The notes beneath the pieces were generated by a model. It saw only the letters and a program-made list of their open reading frames with translations, was not told where the DNA came from and did no database searches. Of a DNA stretch of 64,000 bases, positions 58,201 to 64,000 are shown one piece after another. The position numbers and the translations under genes were made by a program. Every line of letters starts with the position of its first letter. The stretch's first letter is position 1. Origin of the DNA: Piedraia hortae CBS 480.64 (taxonomy: Eukaryota); assembly GCA_010093745.1 (NCBI GenBank), contig MU006024.1, positions 1 to 64,000 on the forward strand, in the 5' to 3' direction.

Positions 58201-60907
58201 GAATGTCTACCTGTCTGGGCGGGCCCCCAGTGGTCGTAGGTGCCGTACTCGCCGCCTGCGTTTCAACAACAACGATTGGCAAGTACTCCCCATTGACGTG
58301 GGCATCAAAAGCAGAGCAGTCGTACGCCCTGTTGACCCTTTTCAGCACCGTTGCAACGAGATGTTGCACAAAGAAATGCCAGTATTCAATCTCATTTGTG
58401 CCGTGCTCAACCCACTCAACCCTCTGTCTGATGCGGTCCTCATACAGCCCGAGGACGTAGACCTTGCCTTCAATTATACACCCCAAGAGGCCTGTCCTGA
58501 GGAATTCCAGATCCATTATCTGGGGTGTCGGGGAACCTTCAACAAACTGATACGGCCGTGCGTGGAAAATTGACTCTGTGTGCTTTGGCAGCGCCCAGAA
58601 CCCACCGGAAAGAGAAGGAGAGTCTACCCAGATCTCGCCCACAGTATACGGAGCGCAGAGAACTGTAGTTTCTGGATCGACGAGGGCCAAGGTGGCATCG
58701 GGAATGGGATATCCAAAAGCGCCTGCGCGAACCGTGCCTGGCTCATTGGCTCTCTTCTTCGCCTCCTCGCCTGTGGCAAGAACGATAATTTCATTCGTCT
58801 TCAGACTCTCCTTATCCAGCAAAACCTCGCTGAGCTCGTTCCGTCCCCGTTTTCGACCCGCCATTTTCCTCTCGCTGCTCCCTCCATTTAACAGACTCGA
58901 GTACCCATTTGTCCCCGGCGGCGGGGTGGCCTCTTCCTCCGAGTCTGGATCCTGATCAGCACTGAGCGGACACCCCATTCTCTCTTCCCCGCCAAGCCAA
59001 TCACGGACGGAGATCACCATGCCACCGTGCTCGGGAAGACAGAGCATGGGAGCAACGAGCTCTCTCGCACGCGGATTTCGCATGGGCTTGAACCAGCGAT
59101 CTGCAAGGATTTCATGAAACTCGCAGTCGACAACCAAAGCGTCGATGAGGCAAATCTTTACAGAGGAAAAATTGGGCTCCATGTTCTTCTTAAAGTGCCG
59201 TGTGGCCATGGGATCCTGCTGATAGTTGTATGTGGCGCGTTTGAGGCCAGAGTAGTCTGCTGCCATAACGGTGGCGCGGTATTTGGTTATGAGATGGGCG
59301 TAGAGTCCAGGCTGTTCGACTGCCTTGTTCTCGAGCCATACTGTCGTGTGGCCACCATACACGCCCAGTAAAACGCCGAGAATGAGGCCGCAGCCTTCTC
59401 TGGGGTCAAGATATGACAGAATCGTCTCGCCCTTGTCCTGTCTCGGAGCAATATACGACCCGTCATTGGCTCGTAGATGCGAGGAAAATGTATCTGTGCT
59501 GTCGCCTTTGGGGATGGTGGAGAGAATGGCAGCGAGACAGGCCATTTGATGCATGATTGTTCGGTGAGACAGGACTACGCCTCTCAGATCACCGGTAGGG
59601 GCACGGGAAAACTCGATATAAGCCAAATCAGGAACTTGCAAAGGCGTTTGCTCATCCTTCTTCTTAGGATGGTAAGAGCCAAACTCGTTGGTCTTCCACC
59701 ATTCGACGCCTGGCGGCCATTTGAGCTTGTGGGCGACAATGTCCCGTTGGAAGACTTTGAGGTTCGCATCTGTAGTCAAAGCTAAATGGCTCTGGGTCGT
59801 GGAGAGAAGCAGATTTAGCTTGTGGTAGTCATCAACGTTGTTGATAGGCACCGCCACAACGCCCGCAATAAAGCAGCCCAGTAAGGCAATGGCAAAGTCA
59901 ATCACCTCAGAGTCGCGGTAGACGAGAGCAACTCGATCGCCACGGTAAAGGTTGGATTTATCTCGAATTACCTGTGCCACTTTCTCCGCCCGACTGGTCA
60001 ACTTCTCCCACACAATCGACATGACTTCCTTTCCCTTTGCGTCCAGGATGAGATAGGCAGGCTGTCGCGCCTGGAGTTTACCCCGATAGCGCAGAACCGA
60101 GGCAATATTGTCGAATTTTGACATTGGAACATTTCCATTGTGCGCATCATATACCGCAAAGGGCACATCTCGCGGCTCCAACGGCATCTGATGCATAGGT
60201 GCCATGGGCAAATTAGGAGGTGGCGGAGCAAAGGCGGCAGAGGGCGAAAATGGCTCGTTTTGGTAGTATTTCTGTGGCCCGCCACCATAAGACTCTCGGG
60301 ATTGGGCAATCGAGTCCAGCCGTTGTTGGCCGGTGAAATCTGAAAAGTACGCCTGCAGTGAATCACCCAACATGCTCATTCGACCATCCCCGGACCAATC
60401 CTGCTGATCTGGGTGAAAGGCGTAATCTGCATAGGCCATTCCATTGCTCCGTTGGCTATGTACGCTGGATGGCCGCGATTCAAGTGGCGATACTGGGCGT
60501 GAATACGGGCCTGTAGCACCCCAGGACGAAAGCCGGTTGCCCGACGGCGGCCTGGACGGAAGACCCTGCGCCTGCTGCAATGGTGCGTTTGACTCATGTT
60601 CAATAGGACTCGGCACGAAGCCTGGAGTGGGCGGCTGGACGTAAAAGTTGGCAGGTCCTTGATCTTGTTGGAGGTCAAAGTAGCCTCGCTGTGCAATGGG
60701 AACGGCCAATTCCAGACCTGGCTGTTTCAACGGCGACTCTCCAATGCTCTGGGTCTTTAACTGGCGCTGCACCTGCTCCAAATCTTCTGCATTGAAGTAC
60801 TGTGATAGCAGCGCCGTCCGTCTCTTATCGTAGCCCTTTTGCGTGATATCTCCATCTTCCAGCTCCTGATCCAGCTCACTCAAGCGTTTCTGCAGCCCCG
60901 CGTCCAT
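55235..60907 (-). CDS. CPS1: CPS1/DIP2-like protein: DMAP1-binding-like N-terminus plus two acyl-AMP-ligase-like didomains
   Basis: LSELDQELEDGDITQKGYDKRR, LAYIEFSRAPTGDLRGV, FLRTGLLG, YVRTGDLGFL, FPRSRLGEKQRGKIL; intronless. Confidence 0.92.
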   Translation of the reverse strand: MDAGLQKRLSELDQELEDGDITQKGYDKRRTALLSQYFNAEDLEQVQRQLKTQSIGESPLKQPGLELAVPIAQRGYFDLQQDQGPANFYVQPPTPGFVPSPIEHESNAPLQQAQGLPSRPPSGNRLSSWGATGPYSRPVSPLESRPSSVHSQRSNGMAYADYAFHPDQQDWSGDGRMSMLGDSLQAYFSDFTGQQRLDSIAQSRESYGGGPQKYYQNEPFSPSAAFAPPPPNLPMAPMHQMPLEPRDVPFAVYDAHNGNVPMSKFDNIASVLRYRGKLQARQPAYLILDAKGKEVMSIVWEKLTSRAEKVAQVIRDKSNLYRGDRVALVYRDSEVIDFAIALLGCFIAGVVAVPINNVDDYHKLNLLLSTTQSHLALTTDANLKVFQRDIVAHKLKWPPGVEWWKTNEFGSYHPKKKDEQTPLQVPDLAYIEFSRAPTGDLRGVVLSHRTIMHQMACLAAILSTIPKGDSTDTFSSHLRANDGSYIAPRQDKGETILSYLDPREGCGLILGVLLGVYGGHTTVWLENKAVEQPGLYAHLITKYRATVMAADYSGLKRATYNYQQDPMATRHFKKNMEPNFSSVKICLIDALVVDCEFHEILADRWFKPMRNPRARELVAPMLCLPEHGGMVISVRDWLGGEERMGCPLSADQDPDSEEEATPPPGTNGYSSLLNGGSSERKMAGRKRGRNELSEVLLDKESLKTNEIIVLATGEEAKKRANEPGTVRAGAFGYPIPDATLALVDPETTVLCAPYTVGEIWVDSPSLSGGFWALPKHTESIFHARPYQFVEGSPTPQIMDLEFLRTGLLGCIIEGKVYVLGLYEDRIRQRVEWVEHGTNEIEYWHFFVQHLVATVLKRVNRAYDCSAFDAHVNGEYLPIVVVETQAASTAPTTTGGPPRQVDIPFLDSLSERVMEILYQEHHLRVYCVMMTAPNTLPRVVKNGRREIGNMLCRKDFDNGNLPCVHVKFGVERAVQNLPLGDDPAGGVWSQMASQARQDMLALHADKQYSGVDHREVVIDDRTSTPLNQFSNIHDLMQWRVSRQPEELSYCTIDGRGREGKGVNWKKFDLKVAGVALYLRNKVRIGQGDHVLLMYTHSEDFVFAVHACMCLGAIAIPMGPIDSNRLSEDAPALLHMISDFKIKAIIVNSDVEQLLKGKSVSQHLKQSALILKLTIPPVYNTAKPPKQSHGCRDLGLTIRPAWIQPGYPVVIWTYWTPDQRRIAIQLGHNTLMALCKVQKETCQMTSTRPVLGCVRSTMGLGFLHTCLMGIFLACPTYLVSPVDFAQNPSILFQTLNRYKIKDTYATPQMLEHAIANGACRPPVILHEVKNLMLSTEARPRSDLFVRVRNAFGPIGLEKTAINTIYSHVLNPMIASRSYMCIEPIELYLDPIALRRGLILPVDPDQEPFSLMVQDSGMVPVSTQISIVNPETNRLCLVGEYGEIWVQSAANAVAFYGSQDAFDSERFNGRTVDGDPGVRYVRTGDLGFLHSVSRPIGPGGAMVDMQVLFVLGAIGETFEINGLQHFAIDVETTVEAAHSRVARGGCAVLQAGSLLVLIAEVRTKAYLASLVPVLVNAVLDAHQLVLDIVAFVALGDFPRSRLGEKQRGKILASWVSRKMRTLAQFSIRDPDSEAVLSGLPAIEGIERRASTQSSNTRISRRGAPSLRGLGDVQETTIEEHHHYNSLDTPPRVEQSYETLPGMVPEHADAYEISATYVPSGTYGHEDGYAPEGAGPLPADAGTLPSGVALPRAGGYLPGMGGSLPGEGGPLPGVAGPLPPGMAPPDPSSHIPTAPPLPAELPSQPIHPPPPPPSVPPALETSKEYVPYTPYGPYNREFSREYPGASSPVDDKDYGMGLLHGNTGFASLGDTRPLGGLRVANPGVESDDEEQEGR

Positions 60908-61433
60908 TTTAGTTCCATGCGCGCCTAGGGCGGATTCGCATTCATTCGGGTCTTTTGACGAGATCCTTAATGCCTGAGGCATCAACCAAATTTAGCCGTG
61001 GGGCAATCTGGGGTGCGTCAGTAGCGTCAAGAGAGCAGATGTCACTGACGGACCAACATCTCAACGAACATTGTTATCAGACTATTGAAGCCGCTACGAG
61101 GTTGTTCACAGCCAGCACATCAATCGTGGCAATTTCGTTCGAAACTACGTCAAAAGTCTTTCATCTGGCAGTCTTGCAACCAAACATGTCATCTTCATCA
61201 ATTTCATTTCCCTCTACGCAGCTTAAACGCTGACCATCCACCACGATGATCGCCAACCATTGACTGGTCGTACCTATAACCACTTCGAGGAACCATATAT
61301 CATGCCTATCGTACTTCCAGACCTGATCCGCGAAGCGCACGCAGTCACAGAGTCCCGCAGATCACGGAAGCTTCTGATTGGCCAGCAGTAAAATCGCGCG
61401 CGATTTCGGAGAACCCGATGAAGGGGGAATGTT

Positions 61434-62117
61434 AAACAATCCAGGCTCCCAGGATAAACAACACCGGGCGGAACTAACCGCACCCAACTGTCCTGATTGG
61501 GTAGATCCATAATCGCCCTGCAACAATCATTTGCACAATCAATCTTGGCAAGCGTGGACAATGCGCATTGCTACGGCGCAAGTGCTGTCGCGGCTTTTAC
61601 ACCAATTCCTACTTCTCGAGAAGCAATTCACCCTCCCTGCGGATTTTTCGATCGCGATTTACCGACACCTCTCGCACTCTTCAGTTGAGCAAGATACTTA
61701 CCATCCAGGTCAGTAATCTATTGGATAACTGAGGCATTGGCTGTGTGAGTCGGGGAAGTAAATTCCATAAGGAATAAAGATGCCACTGAATTTTGAACAC
61801 AGCATGTCGGGTAGCTCGTCATGTCCATCAAGTTTTCGAAGAGCTTACCATGTTCCTTTGTTGGTAACAGCTGGATCCTTCTGGGCAGTGGACTCTGATG
61901 AATATGACAGCATGGTCAACTTGCGAAGCAATCTTAGACTGAAGAGTCAATGGAACTGCGCTTTGTACAACCACCCATACAATACTATAGATCTCTTCCA
62001 TCATACAGTGGACGTAACCAAAGCATCTCATCACTCTTGGATGCGTCACCCAATTAGGAAAGGTGGTTGCGGGTAGTTCCGCCCTGTGTTGTTTATCCTG
62101 GGAGCCTGGGGATGTTT
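61434..62117. repeat. Imperfect 70-bp inverted repeat (61434-61501 and 62049-62117)
   Basis: 24-bp exact core: ccaggctcccaggataaacaacac (61441-61464) versus its reverse complement at 62086-62109. Confidence 0.85.
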
Positions 62118-62122
62118 ACGAA

Positions 62123-62506
62123 GAAGGCGCAGATTTGCACGTCAACTAGCGTCCGTAGGTAGCGGACCAATCAGCTAGCGCAGTGCTCTTCTCTGATTGA
62201 TCAGAAAAATCCACTGTGCAATCCTAAACAGATGCGACAGGAGCAGATTCACACATCCACTGGCGTTCGTGGCTGGCCGGTTTGATCAAGTGAGGCTTGT
62301 TTCGAAAGAGGACAGAGGCTTGCTTGGTTGGTTGGTCGGAAAATCTTACAGCGCATTGGAACAGATGTGGAAGGAGCGAATTTACACGTCCACTGGCGTC
62401 CGTCAGAATTCGGCCAACTGTGAGGTATTCAGAGCGGGGGGGGGGAGGGTGTAAACGAAAACCCTCAATCAGGAAGGAGCGAATTTGCACATCCAGTAGC
62501 GTCCGT
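62123..62506 (+). repeat. Four spaced 34-bp direct repeats
   Basis: Consensus near gaaggagcgaatttRcacRtccactRgcgtccgt, at 62123, 62237, 62370 and 62473. Confidence 0.8.
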
Positions 62507-64000
62507 CAGTGGCCGGTCAAGCAGCTCGGGTGAGACTCCTTTCCGGCTGGTTGAAAGGGATCGGACGCTAGGGGATGTGCTTTTGTAGGTGGAGTTCTCA
62601 TTGCCACGTCATGCGCGCGCGTGGATTTTTTTAAGGGTGCATACAGGCGCTGACCTGCTGGTGTGAATTCATGCGAATCGAAAGATTTTGTTAACTAATT
62701 GATGCATCAGTACATGCTTCTTTGTCTACTGAGTATCAGGCGAGTGAGGCAGGGAACTAATGCATGCTTCTATCGCTTTCGCTTTGGCTTCATTCAGCTA
62801 CGTTGATTGGGTTGCAGGGGTTCATAGTTCTATGTGGGAGCTTTGGATATGCGGTTCACTCTAGTGAGAGTATTTAGCTGATTCAAATGATCGTATGATA
62901 CCCTGGAGAAGGCCAGTGATTACCTGCGCGATCGGAATGTGCCTAGTCTTTGTCCCAGAGTATTGTATACATCGCAAAAGTGCAAGGCTTAGGAGCCTTG
63001 TAGTCACTGACTTTCAATAGCTCTCCAAAGCTGAAAAGTGACTCTTGACCCCTGGGGCCAAAACCTGTCTCACCATCATGACGACGTCGCTGTTGGTTTA
63101 CCAAGACAATGACCAAGACAGCGACTGCCAATGACAGCCTCGATCAAGGGCAAAAGTTTGATGTTCCCTTCCCCGCGCGTTCTGGATAGGTTGGTGGATA
63201 GGGCAGACATGATCTTCATGTGCGATATACCTCTGACTGACAACGTCTCAGGCATCAACTTCACCTCTAAAGACCTCAAGGAGCACCTCTTGAAGACTCA
63301 CGAGTTCACCTGTCCGAACACGTCACGGTTGCATTGTCATCACAGCCATGCAGCTGCACGTGAAGCGATGGTGTGTCATCCACCCCTTGAAGGGCAGTGG
63401 GTGGCCACAGCGGTTCGGAAAAGGATACACAGAAATACCGCAGTAGGAGCCAATTGTCGTGCGGTCAACGTCTACGGGCTCCCCGCAGCGCGTGGGCGTC
63501 TGCGGCTAAATTTGCAAGCGCCGACCAATCAGCTTGGCGACTGCCAAGTTATTGAGAGCGCTTCACATGAGCGCTTATTCCCTCTACGATAAAGGGTAAG
63601 GTACACGTCCAACGTGTCAAGGGACGTTACGAGCGTCCACGGTGACGCAGATTTTCTTTGTGTTCCCCCTGTCTTTGTGTCACAAAGGACTGTTCTCTCC
63701 TTTTTTTTTTTCATTCTCTTTTGTTAAAGACAGCCAAGGGCCTCACTTTCATTTACTGGATTTTCTTGCTGGCAAGATCTTGACAACTCATCTCAGGTTG
63801 GACTACTTGGACTTTAATTTATTCCGGAAAAACCAACCGCAAGAGCCGCAGGTACGGGAAGCCAAGGGACGCCAACCAACGCTCGGACGAATCTCCCTTA
63901 TGCACGGGCCCGCAATGCCGCCGTATTCCATCTACAACAACCACGACAAAAGCCGGACGGCAACGACATTCGTTAATGGCAGTTTAGGGCGCGTAGCCGC

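Noticed and set aside
55235..60907. NRPS or secondary-metabolite cluster
   Set aside because: The architecture is CPS1/DIP2; no condensation or carrier domains were recognised and there are no tailoring genes nearby.
62123..62506. CRISPR array
   Set aside because: Eukaryotic context, no cas genes, degenerate repeats, and long uneven spacers with mutual similarity.
62943..63714. Short ORFs near the window end (e.g. 63131-63592)
   Set aside because: No recognisable domain or splice structure, so a gene call cannot be supported.

Overview
Gene-dense eukaryotic DNA from a filamentous ascomycete (short GT..AG introns with CTAAC-type branch sites, fungal orthologues, fungal LTR and LINE elements; a Dothideomycete origin is my impression only). 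Two housekeeping blocks: about 7-29.4 kb (GPI3/PIG-A, DBP6, CHIP U-box ligase, amidase, DUS1, RPS18, RPS25, ARL3, an HSPA12-type Hsp70, GTR2, ADE13) and about 45.7-61 kb (Vps3/TGFBRAP1-like, COY1/CASP, a DUF3455 protein, CPS1/DIP2). These are interleaved with accessory islands. 1-7.2 kb is a transposon graveyard holding one intact 258-aa orphan ORF joined to a truncated gypsy integrase. 30-45.5 kb carries the most interesting feature: a tandem A-B-A-B array of four intronless, highly diverged stand-alone MedA/Medusa-like domain genes (3 intact, 1 pseudogene), plus nested LINE/solo-LTR insertions with readable target-site duplications and an F-box/LRR pseudogene. 61.4-62.5 kb holds a 70-bp inverted repeat beside four spaced 34-bp direct repeats. 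All family assignments come from motif recognition by eye; no searches were run.
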